Below the pieces are notes generated by a model, which was not told the DNA's origin, made no database searches, and was given only the letters and a program-made list of their open reading frames with translations. Shown piece by piece: positions 47,701 through 56,117 of a DNA stretch of 64,000 nucleotides. The position numbers and the translations under genes were made by a program. Source of the DNA: an uncultured Gemmatimonadales bacterium. Lineage in GTDB: Bacteria > Gemmatimonadota > Gemmatimonadetes > Gemmatimonadales > GWC2-71-9. The DNA lies in the NCBI GenBank assembly GCA_963716055.1, contig CAVQSR010000001.1, forward strand, positions 838,791 through 902,790, in the 5' to 3' direction. The stretch's first letter is position 1. Each line of letters opens with the position of its first letter.

Positions 47701-48911
47701 TGCTCGTGTCCAACACGCTGACCGGCGACGCCGCGACGCCGGGCGGGTTCCACGGGAATCGCGACTACCCGCACTTCGACTTGGGCCTCAACAGCACGCT
47801 GCACACGCTGAATGGGACCGGCTTCAATCGGGAGGAGTTCCTGAACTCCGACAGCACCGTCGTGCCGCCGCTCGTCACCCCGACGGTCACGTGGCTCGCG
47901 GCTCGCGCGCTGCAGGATCAGGGCACGGGACTGAACGAAGCCTACGGCGACTACCGCATCAGCTGGGGCACCTACGCCTACGGCACCGGTGGCCAGGGCG
48001 GGCGCGACCAATTCGTGCTCGACTTCTCGAACCCGTCGGGCGCGGCCAGCCAGATCACCACGTCGCTCGGCGCGCGTGCCGCGGTGAGCACCGCGGTGGC
48101 CAGCGCGGAGGTCGCGACGGCGGTGCAGGCCGCGACGGGGGTCCCGACCACCGTCGACTCCCTCGTGGCGCTGAAGCTGCCGTTCACGGTGTTCAACGCC
48201 AGCTACAACCGGCCCGTCACGATCGCGATGCGCAAGCGGCCGGCGGCGGGCAAGTCGGTGGTGGTGGGCGGCAGCGCCGACACGATCCGCGTGGACGTGC
48301 CGGCGGACGCGTGGGTGCCGGGCGACACGATCATCTTCCTCGAGGCGGTGGGCGGCGGGCCGCTCGCGGTGACGTTCGAGCGGGCGGTGATCGGCTGCGA
48401 CGCGACGCGGTACACGCGCGAGTCGTGCAACCCGGTCTATCCCGGCACGCGCGGCTCGTCGGTGTACCTGAGCCCCGTCGCCGGGCAGTTCAACCGGGCC
48501 TCCTACCACGTGCCGGTGACGCCCGCGGCGGCGTTCACGCTGACGGCGACGAAGCCCGGCCGCGGGACGAACCTCACGTCGAACGCGGCGGCGATCCGCG
48601 CGGGTCTCGCCTCGGTGCGGGTGGTGCCGAACCCGTACGTCATGGTGTCGCAGTACGCCGGCAACGTGCTGCTGTTCACCCACATGCCGCCGCGCGGCAA
48701 CATCCGGGTGTACACGGTCGCCGGACAGTTCACACAGCAGATCAGCTGGACCGAGGCGGACCTCCGCGGCGACGGCGACCTCGCCTGGAACCTGCGCACG
48801 CGCGAGGGCAACGTGCTCGGCGCGGGACTCTACATCTACGTGCTGACCGCCACCGACGCGAGCGGGGCCACGATCGGCACTCGCACCGACAAGTTCGTGG
48901 TCATTCGCTAG
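44724..48911 (+). CDS. Very large secreted protein (1,395 aa) with T9SS type-A-like C-terminal sorting domain; N-terminal ~1,290 aa unrecognised
   Basis: Signal is MTLHRPFMRRPAAAWLAAALLLFFTGALTAQ. The C-terminus is VRVVPNPYVMVSQYAGNVLLFTHMPPRGNIRVYTVAGQFTQQISW...GAGLYIYVLTATDASGATIGTRTDKFVVIR. That is the Por_Secre_tail / FlgD-Ig pattern. Confidence 0.8.
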   Translation: MTLHRPFMRRPAAAWLAAALLLFFTGALTAQQTVNGYPVGPDGEPVANPPRRTLGAARDRAVSDLRSAGFFTRVCAENSTGAFDIDRSGCAPFFQTMNNGFVAVWPREAAWAWAAPPTTWTNAVAQVPSLANAIGSGWTVINSHQTGFDDLGPSDNGLGLHHAGVTTVNDRSCLDHRTSYGTGNPLLAGSNCPVTWGTEPGSAVRDASDPGRGWAGARPVPLEVYSQRFASLGANFNFDFWRVSDAELDAAGVPAFKTLGNFHTYGYTSDYNVEILCGTSVIRNYAHIIPATSQVAPGGCSGSDPARRRPGWPLGIEARFDAFTFQLPALKEVQYYQVTFTNRSEAVYGVKLDYDSVYMGLQMGWFGNSNIQQNPTWWVPELGAVFTSALPIQGPCDAGRIVSDLTCARWGANFGFVQGASALIVLKSPIGDLRNKWFTRMGSAFYDPSHPLAGDTLTYNHAHLCGFRNCGRTQFATDPINTPDHEQRGFGQLSSTEVNTLGNRNVTTGLNNNEYWHTFRPRNFPTVRYTPGDPPSVGGGYNKWAPNMAGINWDWGGPPGSMNAKDGVQDTLAVDGCWIQGCAGLWGDTLPNGKYSAYSNTHGTLAVGPIRLMADSVVSYVVAITPGQANDSAGLMAQVSAAIDNYMNFYLAPDAAPKCRITGVTRNAGARAQDAVIRVTWEDSCHPGNWTDPFLDKQYNDLLAAPAGSPLERLRLLNPRLDDTLAFLRANNIAKIYLYKSCEDGASWTTGDDCIDGSPATGAPFDVLGWLPYATFEPGNIPTTYQDLNVRPGQTYTYNVIGETRGANFTVLNGDSVALSGTEYICARNCRIETLALAPVLFNTLSASTGEPNVGRVYLPLSLQGGGSRASAAVTARTGPVSESRLGITVTGDSLSDASFRVLFGTSAAATQIERYTGTDSASVQTRVVLYNAGSPADSVVVSGANLGGLTASGAASVRTTIAPAVDSVAFTWAAGPVMALARLPGAAPADALLVSNTLTGDAATPGGFHGNRDYPHFDLGLNSTLHTLNGTGFNREEFLNSDSTVVPPLVTPTVTWLAARALQDQGTGLNEAYGDYRISWGTYAYGTGGQGGRDQFVLDFSNPSGAASQITTSLGARAAVSTAVASAEVATAVQAATGVPTTVDSLVALKLPFTVFNASYNRPVTIAMRKRPAAGKSVVVGGSADTIRVDVPADAWVPGDTIIFLEAVGGGPLAVTFERAVIGCDATRYTRESCNPVYPGTRGSSVYLSPVAGQFNRASYHVPVTPAAAFTLTATKPGRGTNLTSNAAAIRAGLASVRVVPNPYVMVSQYAGNVLLFTHMPPRGNIRVYTVAGQFTQQISWTEADLRGDGDLAWNLRTREGNVLGAGLYIYVLTATDASGATIGTRTDKFVVIR

Positions 48912-48924
48912 GAGGATGACGACC

Positions 48925-50031
48925 ATGTCGCGACATTCCGCTTCGCTTGCCGCCGTCGCCGTGCTGGTCGCGTCGGCCAGCTCGCTGCCGGCCCAGGGCT
49001 CGGGGACCGTGCTGCTCCCGGTTCCCGAGAATCCCACGACCCGCGTCGCTACCCGCGGCGCGAATTTCCTCGAGATCGGCGTCGGGGCGCGCGGGCTGGC
49101 GATGGCCGGCGCGTACACCGCCATCGCCGAAGGCGTCACCGCGCTCTACTGGAATCCGGCCGGGGCGGCCGACATCGAAGGGCCCTCCGCCGCGATCTCC
49201 ATCGCCGACCTGTACCAGGACGTCGGGATCACCCACAGCTTCGTCGGCGGCGTGCTGCCGCTGGGTGGGGCGGGCGTGTTCGGCATCGCCCTCTCGCAGC
49301 TGACGAGCGGCGACATCCAACGCACCACCGAGGAGTACCCCGACGGCGGCGACCCCGCCTTCGGCGACGTCTTCAGTTTCAAGGCGACCGCCGCCGGCCT
49401 GTACTTCGCCCGCCGGCTCACCGATCGCCTGGCGCTCGGTCTGGGCGTCAAGTTCGCGACGGAGGGCATCGACGACGCCAAGGCCAACTACGTCGGCCTC
49501 GACGTGGGGACGAAGTTCCGCACCGGCCTGTACGGGACGCACGTCGCGGCGTCGCTCTCCAACCTCGGCACATCGGGCCGCTACCGCGGCGCGGCGATCG
49601 AGCAGTTCTCGTTCGACCAGTTCCGGCCGGGCGCCACGCCGGTCGAGCTGTCGACCGACGAGCTGCAGATGCCCACCCTTTTCCGGTTCAGCATCCGTTC
49701 CGACGTGCTGGGGCCGAGCGACGCGCTGCTCGGGACCAACGAGCAATTCAACGTGCTCGCGGTGCTGGAAGCGACCGACGCGATCGACACCGACGTCCAA
49801 ACGATCCTCGCGGCCCAGATCTCCTACCGCGACCTGGTGTACGTCCGCGCCGGGAAACGCTGGGCGAACGAGAAGGAGACCCAGGACGTCCGCGGCTTCA
49901 GCCACGGCGCCGCGGTGGGCGGCGGGGTGAAGGTGCCCATCGGCCGCGGGTTCCTGGCGTTCGACTACGCCTATACGGGCATGAGCGACCTGCAGAACGT
50001 GCAGGTCTTCTCCCTCGAGTTCGGCTTCTAG
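48925..50031 (+). CDS. PorV/PorQ-family outer-membrane protein
   Basis: Track ORF starts at ATG 48916, but GGAGG (48911..48915) is optimally spaced for ATG 48925. Signal is MSRHSASLAAVAVLVASASSLPAQ. The family signature is GVGARGLAMAGAYTAIAEGVTALYWNPAGAA. It ends ...VQVFSLEFGF. Confidence 0.8.
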   Translation: MSRHSASLAAVAVLVASASSLPAQGSGTVLLPVPENPTTRVATRGANFLEIGVGARGLAMAGAYTAIAEGVTALYWNPAGAADIEGPSAAISIADLYQDVGITHSFVGGVLPLGGAGVFGIALSQLTSGDIQRTTEEYPDGGDPAFGDVFSFKATAAGLYFARRLTDRLALGLGVKFATEGIDDAKANYVGLDVGTKFRTGLYGTHVAASLSNLGTSGRYRGAAIEQFSFDQFRPGATPVELSTDELQMPTLFRFSIRSDVLGPSDALLGTNEQFNVLAVLEATDAIDTDVQTILAAQISYRDLVYVRAGKRWANEKETQDVRGFSHGAAVGGGVKVPIGRGFLAFDYAYTGMSDLQNVQVFSLEFGF

Positions 50032-50052
50032 GGCCGGAAAGGACTCCGACGC

Positions 50053-50757
50053 ATGAAAACGACCGTCGCGGCGCTCCTCGCCGTTGTCGCCCTCGGTGCG
50101 ACGACGTCGGCCGCGCAGGAGGCCACCCGTTTCCGCATCGTCCCTGTGGTCGGCGTGATGCGGTTCGACAAGACGTCCGCGCTCAACGCGCTCGACGGCG
50201 GGAAGTACTGGGCGTCGGGCGGGCTCTCGGCGAGCTACGCGGTGACGCCGGGCTTCCGGGCCGGCCTCTACCTCGAGTACCAGCGGCCCACCACGAGCTC
50301 CGAGTTCTATCCGTACGCGCTGTTCCGCACCGGCGCCGACTACCAGCTGTTCGGCGTGTCGCAGGTCGTCAGCATCCTGTCGTACGGCGTGGACGTGGCC
50401 TACCAGCTGCCCAACCGGTGGGGTCCCTTTGTCAAAGTCGGGCTCGGCCGGCACGCGGTGTACAGCGACGTGCAGGTGAACAACGCGACCGCGCACGTCG
50501 AAGGCACGCAGTTCGTGGTCGGCGGAGGCCTCAACTACACCTTCACCGAGGCCATCGGCGTGCGGCTCGAGCTGGTGGACTTCATGTGGAACGACTGGGA
50601 GCGCGACGCCCTCAACCCGGTGGATCCCGCGTACCAGAACAACACGTTCCCCGAGGACAACCCCGAGGGGATCACCTATTCCAAGCCGTCGCTGATCCAC
50701 AACATGCGCCTCGCCGTGGGGTTTTCCTTCGCGCCGTCGCGCAGCGCGTCGCGCTGA
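50053..50757 (+). CDS. Small outer-membrane beta-barrel protein
   Basis: 234 aa. Signal is MKTTVAALLAVVALGATTSAAQ. It shows an OMP_b-brl-like strand pattern (...VKVGLGRHAVYSD...GGGLNYTF...RLAVGFSF). Confidence 0.7.
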   Translation: MKTTVAALLAVVALGATTSAAQEATRFRIVPVVGVMRFDKTSALNALDGGKYWASGGLSASYAVTPGFRAGLYLEYQRPTTSSEFYPYALFRTGADYQLFGVSQVVSILSYGVDVAYQLPNRWGPFVKVGLGRHAVYSDVQVNNATAHVEGTQFVVGGGLNYTFTEAIGVRLELVDFMWNDWERDALNPVDPAYQNNTFPEDNPEGITYSKPSLIHNMRLAVGFSFAPSRSASR

Positions 50758-50779
50758 CCGAAATCGGGAGAGAACGCCA

Positions 50780-52609
50780 ATGCGCCTACAACGTTCATTC
50801 GGTTTCGCGCTCGCCGTCCTGGTCGGAGGCGCCTGCGAGCACGGCGAGCTCATCGAGGCCGTGTCGCGGGACGGTACGACCGGCATCCCGGCGATCGAGC
50901 TGACCACGGCGGCGGCGGGCGGTTTCCTGTCGGGCAGCCGCACCACGAACCGGTTCCTATCATCAGGGGTGTTCGACACGACGATCACCGACGCCTTCGG
51001 CCGGGCGACCACGAATCCGCCGTACTTCCGGGCCGATCCCAACCCGTTCTACGGCACGACGTCGCTGATCTACCTGCCCAACGCCGCCGGAGCGACGTTC
51101 ACGCCGCCCAACCGGCTGCTGCCCGCGCTCGCGGCCCCCGGTCGGCTGTTCAGCTACTACGGGTCCGGACCGAACGCGATCGCCTACATCGTCCCCGGCG
51201 GGCACGCCGGCAACGGTGCCGGCAACACCGTGTGGGAGGTCTGGATCAACGTCGACCAGCTGACCCCGGCCACGCGCTACATCATGGGGCTGGCCCGGTA
51301 CGCGCTCCAGGTGAACGGCGCCACCGACTGGGCCGAGTTGCTGCTGAACGGCACCGTCACGTCGCCGGACGCTCTGGTGTTCCGCACCGGCGATTTCACG
51401 CCGGCGGGGAAGAAGTCGGACGGCGTCTTCACCACGAATTGCGCCAGCGTCAACATCCTGCAGCCGACGGGCGGCGCCAACCCGCACCTGATCGCGGGCG
51501 GCACGACCGACGCCGGCGGCGGCGTCGAGTTCGACCAGACCATCTGCTCCAACGCGGCGTCGGCCTGGTTCAACGGCCTCGGTAACGCGCGGAGTCCCGT
51601 GCCGACGAACAACAACACGGCGCTGGGCCCCAATCAGTACAACTTCCTCGTGGTGTGGGAGGCGCTGGCCGACAGCACGCCGGACTACACGAAGCCCGTG
51701 TTCCGCATGCAGATCGGTCCGGTGCTGACCGCCGCCGGGGCGGTGGCGAACAACAGCTACGCGCCCATTCCCACGGCCGCATTGACCACCGCGCAGCTGG
51801 CGCTGCTGCCGGGCGCGACGGCGTCGCCCGATTCGATCAAGATCACGGCAAACAACCTCGTCCCGCTCGCGGCCGGCACGTCGTACCAGCTGTGGCTCGC
51901 GGAAACGGCGGGCGGCACGTTCGCCAAGGTGACGGGCAATGTCGTGCGGCTGAGCGGCACCGCCGTGGTGGACACGCTGTCCGGGGTGAGTGACTTCAAT
52001 CTGAACCCGGGGATGACGAGCGCCCGGGTCGAATTCGACTTCCTGCCGTTCCGGGGCGTGGCCTACAACGCCGCGGTCCTGGCTGTCGGGGCCACGGGCG
52101 CCGCGGCGATCCCGGCGGGGCAACCGCTGTGGACGCCGATGGTGACCCAGAAGGTCCCGGGTGGTGCCGTGCCCGTCCTGACGAGTACCCTGACCTTCGG
52201 CACCTTCGGTGGCGGCCAGAGCCGGGCGTTCGGCGCCGCCGGAAGCGCCAACGGCGGCATCTTCGGCCGCGAGCTGCGCCAGGACATCAAGCGCATTCCC
52301 CGCCCGCCCACCGGGTACGCGTACGAGGCGTGGCTGGTGAGCTCGACGGGCGCCACGGGGCCGCAGCACCTCGGCCCGTTGCTCTCTCCCTATCCGGAGC
52401 TGGCGCCACTGACCGATGCCGACGTGAGCACCGCTCCACCTGTTTCCGGCGTCGAGATCACCCAGGCGGCGCTGCGATACGAGGCGCCGAGCGCCGCGTT
52501 CTACTGCGATTGGGATCGGGTCCAGGTCCGGCTCGGGCCGAAGGCCGGCGCGGGAGCCGTGCCGCCCACGGTCGTGCTGTCGGGCGTCAATCCCCGGCGG
52601 GGATGCTGA
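50780..52609 (+). CDS. Probable lipoprotein, 609 aa, hypothetical
   Basis: It starts MRLQRSFGFALAVLVGGAC. The rest is Thr/Gly/Ala/Asn-rich beta-type sequence with no family recognised. Confidence 0.7.
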   Translation: MRLQRSFGFALAVLVGGACEHGELIEAVSRDGTTGIPAIELTTAAAGGFLSGSRTTNRFLSSGVFDTTITDAFGRATTNPPYFRADPNPFYGTTSLIYLPNAAGATFTPPNRLLPALAAPGRLFSYYGSGPNAIAYIVPGGHAGNGAGNTVWEVWINVDQLTPATRYIMGLARYALQVNGATDWAELLLNGTVTSPDALVFRTGDFTPAGKKSDGVFTTNCASVNILQPTGGANPHLIAGGTTDAGGGVEFDQTICSNAASAWFNGLGNARSPVPTNNNTALGPNQYNFLVVWEALADSTPDYTKPVFRMQIGPVLTAAGAVANNSYAPIPTAALTTAQLALLPGATASPDSIKITANNLVPLAAGTSYQLWLAETAGGTFAKVTGNVVRLSGTAVVDTLSGVSDFNLNPGMTSARVEFDFLPFRGVAYNAAVLAVGATGAAAIPAGQPLWTPMVTQKVPGGAVPVLTSTLTFGTFGGGQSRAFGAAGSANGGIFGRELRQDIKRIPRPPTGYAYEAWLVSSTGATGPQHLGPLLSPYPELAPLTDADVSTAPPVSGVEITQAALRYEAPSAAFYCDWDRVQVRLGPKAGAGAVPPTVVLSGVNPRRGC

Positions 52610-52637
52610 CGGGCTGACGGTCGGCCCGCGAGCGACA

Positions 52638-52678
52638 CCGCCCCGGCTTCCGTGAGGAGGCCGGGGCGGATTTTTTTT
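52638..52678 (+). terminator. Canonical rho-independent terminator
   Basis: CCGCCCCGGC-ttccgtgaggag-GCCGGGGCGG is followed by ATTTTTTTT. It starts 29 nt after the stop at 52609. Confidence 0.85.
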
Positions 52679-52695
52679 CTTATCTCTCCGTCGGT

Positions 52696-53634
52696 CTAGT
52701 CGACGATCGTCGCGGGGAGGACGTATTTCATCGGGTTCACCGGTTTGCCGTTCACCCACACTTCGTAATGCAGATGCGGTCCGGAGGACAGGCCGGTCGA
52801 GCCGACCAGCGCGATCGGCTGGCCCCGCTTCACCCGTGCCCCGCGTGCCACGAGGACGCGCGAGCTGTGGGCGTAGCGCGTGACGGTGCCATAGCCATGG
52901 TCGATGGTGAGCATGTTGCCGTAGCCATCCACCCATTCGACCTTCGTCACGAGTCCGGCCGCGGGGGCCTGGATCTCGGCGCCCATCGGGGCCGTCACGT
53001 CGATGCCCTCGTGCGGTCGGGAGAGATGGAGCAGCGGGTGCACGCGCTCACGCGCGAAGGCGCTCGTGAGCCAGCCTTCCGTCGGCATGATCGATGGCGT
53101 CGCGGCGAAGCGGGCTCTCTGACTCGTCATCGAGTCGTAGGCTTCGCTGACCGAGTTCGCCAGGATGTTCGCGCGGCGGATCAGCGCGTCCACGTCCTCG
53201 CGCGCCCGCAGCACCTGGGTCCCGACGGCGCCGGCCGCGGCCAGACTGTCGCGTCCCGACCAGTCGCCCGTGGGCCCGCCGATCCCCGCCGCCTGCACCC
53301 CCGAATCGGTCGGGGTGAGTCCCGCGAGCAGGCGCAGCGCCTGCTCGCGGTTCCCGACGGCGTTCAGCGTGTCGTGCAGCACGCCCAGCTGCGAGCGGAG
53401 CCGCTGAATCTCGCCGCTCAGCACGGCGTTCTCACGCGCCAGCGCGCGCCCGCGCGAGATGCTGACGCCGCGCGCGAGCGCAGCGCCGCCGAGCAGCAGG
53501 AACACCAGCACCACGACCGTGCCCAGACCGAGCGCGGTCTTGAGCACGGCCTGCGATACCTCGACGGCGCGAGAGCCTCCCGCGCCGTGCGGGACGACCA
53601 TCAGCGTCCAGCGGCGGTCCGAGTTGCGCTTCAT
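52696..53634 (-). CDS. M23-family metallopeptidase (EnvC-like: TM, coiled coil, LytM domain)
   Basis: 312 aa with motifs HEGIDV and GSTGLSSGPHLHYEV. The N-terminal TM is followed by a coiled coil. Confidence 0.85.
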   Translation of the reverse strand: MKRNSDRRWTLMVVPHGAGGSRAVEVSQAVLKTALGLGTVVVLVFLLLGGAALARGVSISRGRALARENAVLSGEIQRLRSQLGVLHDTLNAVGNREQALRLLAGLTPTDSGVQAAGIGGPTGDWSGRDSLAAAGAVGTQVLRAREDVDALIRRANILANSVSEAYDSMTSQRARFAATPSIMPTEGWLTSAFARERVHPLLHLSRPHEGIDVTAPMGAEIQAPAAGLVTKVEWVDGYGNMLTIDHGYGTVTRYAHSSRVLVARGARVKRGQPIALVGSTGLSSGPHLHYEVWVNGKPVNPMKYVLPATIVD

Positions 53635-53706
53635 ATGGGGACAGCCAAACTACCGCTCGCGCGGAGAGTCGTCAACCTGCCGATCGACTGCGTAAGCCAT
53701 TGATTA

Positions 53707-55242
53707 TCAACCTGTTGAAACATCCGCCCGCAGCTTGGGGAAGAGAATCGGGGGCGGTCCGAGCCGCAGGCCCTCGACCGCCAGGTCGGCGACTTCACCC
53801 CAGCGCACCCCGTCCAGCGACCGCCCGGTGCCGAGCGCGTCCCAGAGGGCGGCCGCGCGATCGGGCAGGTATGGCGCCGCGAGCACGGCCAGGCGCGCCA
53901 CCGTGCGGGTGAGCGCGGCGAGCGCCGCGTCGAGGGTGGCCGCCTGGGCCGGGTCCTTGGCGAGCTTCCAGGGAGCCGTTTCTTCGACATAGCGGTTGGC
54001 CCGGGCGGCGAGATCGATCAGGTGCGCCGCGCCGCCACTCAGATCGTAGGCGTCGAGCGCCGCGGCGTATTCGTCGAGCGCGGCGCGCGCGTCGCGCTCG
54101 AGCGGCGTCGCGCCGCCCGCCGGGTCGCGCGGCACGGTACCGCCCCGGTAGCGGTGCACCATCGACAGCGTCCGCGACGCCAGGTTGCCGAGCGTGTCGG
54201 CCAGATCGGCAACGTAGCGCGCGTCGAAGCGCTCCCAGGTGAAGTTGCCGTCGCCTTCGAACCCGATCTCGCGCAGCAGGAAATAGCGCAACGCGTCGGC
54301 GCCGTGGCGCTCGATGGCGCTGCCCAGACTGACGGCGGTCCCGGCGGTCTTGCTCATCTTGGCGCCCTCCCACTGCACGTACCCGTGGGCCCACACGCCA
54401 CGCGGCGGCTCGAGGCCGGCGGCAAGGAGCATCGCGGGCCAGATCACGCAGTGAAAGCGGGTGATGCCCTTGCCGATCACGTGCAGGTCCGCGGGCCACA
54501 GGCGCTCGTAGCCCGGGTCGGGGAAGCCCGTGGCCGACAGGTAGTTGATGAGGGCGTCGAACCACACGTAGACGGTGTGGCCGGGGGCGTCGGGGAAGGG
54601 GATGCCCCAGGGCTGGCGCTGGCGGGAAACCGAGATGTCCTGCAGCCCACTCTCGAGCAGACGCAGGACCTCGTTGCGGCGGATGGCGGGCTCGACCCGG
54701 AAGGCGCCGGAGGTGATCCGCTCGAGCAGCACGTCGCGATAGGCGCTCAGCCGGAAGAAGTGGTTCTCCTCCCGGGTCGGGACGAGCGTGAGGGTTGGAT
54801 GCTCGGCGCAGCGTCCGTCGACGATCTGCGCGCCCTGCTTGAACTCCTCGCACCCGGTGCAGTACAAGCCCTCGTACTCGGCGAGAAACAGGTGGTCGGG
54901 ACGCTGTGCGCGGACGCGCTGCAGCAGCGCCGTCACGGCCCGGACATGGCGCGGCTCGGTGGTGCGGATCCAGTCGTCGTGGCTCGTGTCGAGGCGCCGC
55001 CAGAAGTCGGCGAACGTCGCCGCCATGCGGTCCACCCACGCCTGTGGCGTCACCGCGCCGCCGGCGGCGGCCTGGACCACCGACTGCGCGTGCTCGTCCA
55101 TCCCCATGACGAACCAGACGTCGTCGCCCCGCAAGCGGCGCCAGCGCGCGATGCAGTCCGCGCCCACCTTCTCGAGCGCATGGCCGAGATGGGGATCGCC
55201 GTTCGAATAGTCGATGGCGGTGGTGAGGTAGAACCTAGGCAC
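53707..55242 (-). CDS. metG: Methionine--tRNA ligase
   Basis: 511 aa. It reads MPRFYLTTAIDYSNGDPHLGHALE (HIGH-type motif) and has the KMSKT loop. Confidence 0.95.
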   Translation of the reverse strand: MPRFYLTTAIDYSNGDPHLGHALEKVGADCIARWRRLRGDDVWFVMGMDEHAQSVVQAAAGGAVTPQAWVDRMAATFADFWRRLDTSHDDWIRTTEPRHVRAVTALLQRVRAQRPDHLFLAEYEGLYCTGCEEFKQGAQIVDGRCAEHPTLTLVPTREENHFFRLSAYRDVLLERITSGAFRVEPAIRRNEVLRLLESGLQDISVSRQRQPWGIPFPDAPGHTVYVWFDALINYLSATGFPDPGYERLWPADLHVIGKGITRFHCVIWPAMLLAAGLEPPRGVWAHGYVQWEGAKMSKTAGTAVSLGSAIERHGADALRYFLLREIGFEGDGNFTWERFDARYVADLADTLGNLASRTLSMVHRYRGGTVPRDPAGGATPLERDARAALDEYAAALDAYDLSGGAAHLIDLAARANRYVEETAPWKLAKDPAQAATLDAALAALTRTVARLAVLAAPYLPDRAAALWDALGTGRSLDGVRWGEVADLAVEGLRLGPPPILFPKLRADVSTG

Positions 55243-56116
55243 GGGGCGGGTTCTTGGGCGGCGCGAACGCGTCGCCCGCGGCCTCCACCTCGCGTCGCAC
55301 CTGCTCCAGGGCGACCACGCGCGTGGCGCCGTCCTCGCCGCGCAGCGTGACGCGGTCGCGGAAGATGTCGACCGCGAGCACGCGGGCGGGCCCCTCGGCC
55401 GTCCGCAGGACCTTACCCTCCTTCGGGAAGCGACGGCGGCTCTCGACGTAGAACGCGTGCTCGTAGTGCAGGCAGCACAGCAGCCGGCCGCACGGCCCCG
55501 ACACCTGCGCGGGGTTCAGCGACAACCCCTGGTCCTTGGCGAGCGACAGGCTCACGGGGCGGCCGGCGGGGAGCCAACTGGCGATGCACAGCTGGCGGCC
55601 GCAGCGCCCGATGCCGTCGAGCCGTTTGGCCTCGTCGCGCGCGCCGATCTGCCGCAGCTCGATGCGGGTGCGGAACTCGGCGGCCAGGTCCCGCACCAGC
55701 GCGCGGAAGTCCACGCGGCCGTCGGCCGTGAAGTAAATCGTGAGCCGCCGCCGGTCCCACTGCCACTCGGCGTCGCTCACCTTCATCTGGAGGTTGTGCT
55801 GGCGTACCCGCTCGCGCACGCGCCGCCGCACGTCGTCCTCGGCGGCGCGGAGCTGGCGGGCGCGCGCCACGTCCTCCTGGCCGGCGGGGCGTACCACGCG
55901 CCGCTCGAGTTTGTCGGCGGCGGCCCCGCCGCTGCAGGCGCCGCAGCGCGTGCACTTCGTGGCCGCCGTCTCACCCACCGCCGACACGTGCCCCAAATCC
56001 TGGCCCCGCTCGACTTCGACGATCACGGGCGCCTCGAGGGCCGGCGGCCCGTCGCCCGACCACGTGAAGTACTCCTTGCGGTTGCCCTTGAACCGCACCT
56101 CCACGACCGCCGTCAC
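55235..56116 (-). CDS. PSP1 domain protein (RicT/YaaT-like)
   Basis: 293 aa. It reads MTAVVEVRFKGNRKEYF... and has a PSP1 C-terminal domain with GRCGRQLCIASWL and CGRLLCCLHYEH. Confidence 0.85.
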   Translation of the reverse strand: MTAVVEVRFKGNRKEYFTWSGDGPPALEAPVIVEVERGQDLGHVSAVGETAATKCTRCGACSGGAAADKLERRVVRPAGQEDVARARQLRAAEDDVRRRVRERVRQHNLQMKVSDAEWQWDRRRLTIYFTADGRVDFRALVRDLAAEFRTRIELRQIGARDEAKRLDGIGRCGRQLCIASWLPAGRPVSLSLAKDQGLSLNPAQVSGPCGRLLCCLHYEHAFYVESRRRFPKEGKVLRTAEGPARVLAVDIFRDRVTLRGEDGATRVVALEQVRREVEAAGDAFAPPKNPPRA

Positions 56117-56117
56117 G

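Noticed and set aside
45885-52936. Very long minus-strand track ORFs 45885..49139 (1,084 aa), 48901..51042 (713 aa) and 50963..52936 (657 aa)
   Set aside because: They are antisense shadows of the plus-strand locus genes. Their sequences are Arg/Gly/Asp/His-rich without motifs, while the plus-strand frames carry signal peptides, family signatures and SD-spaced starts.
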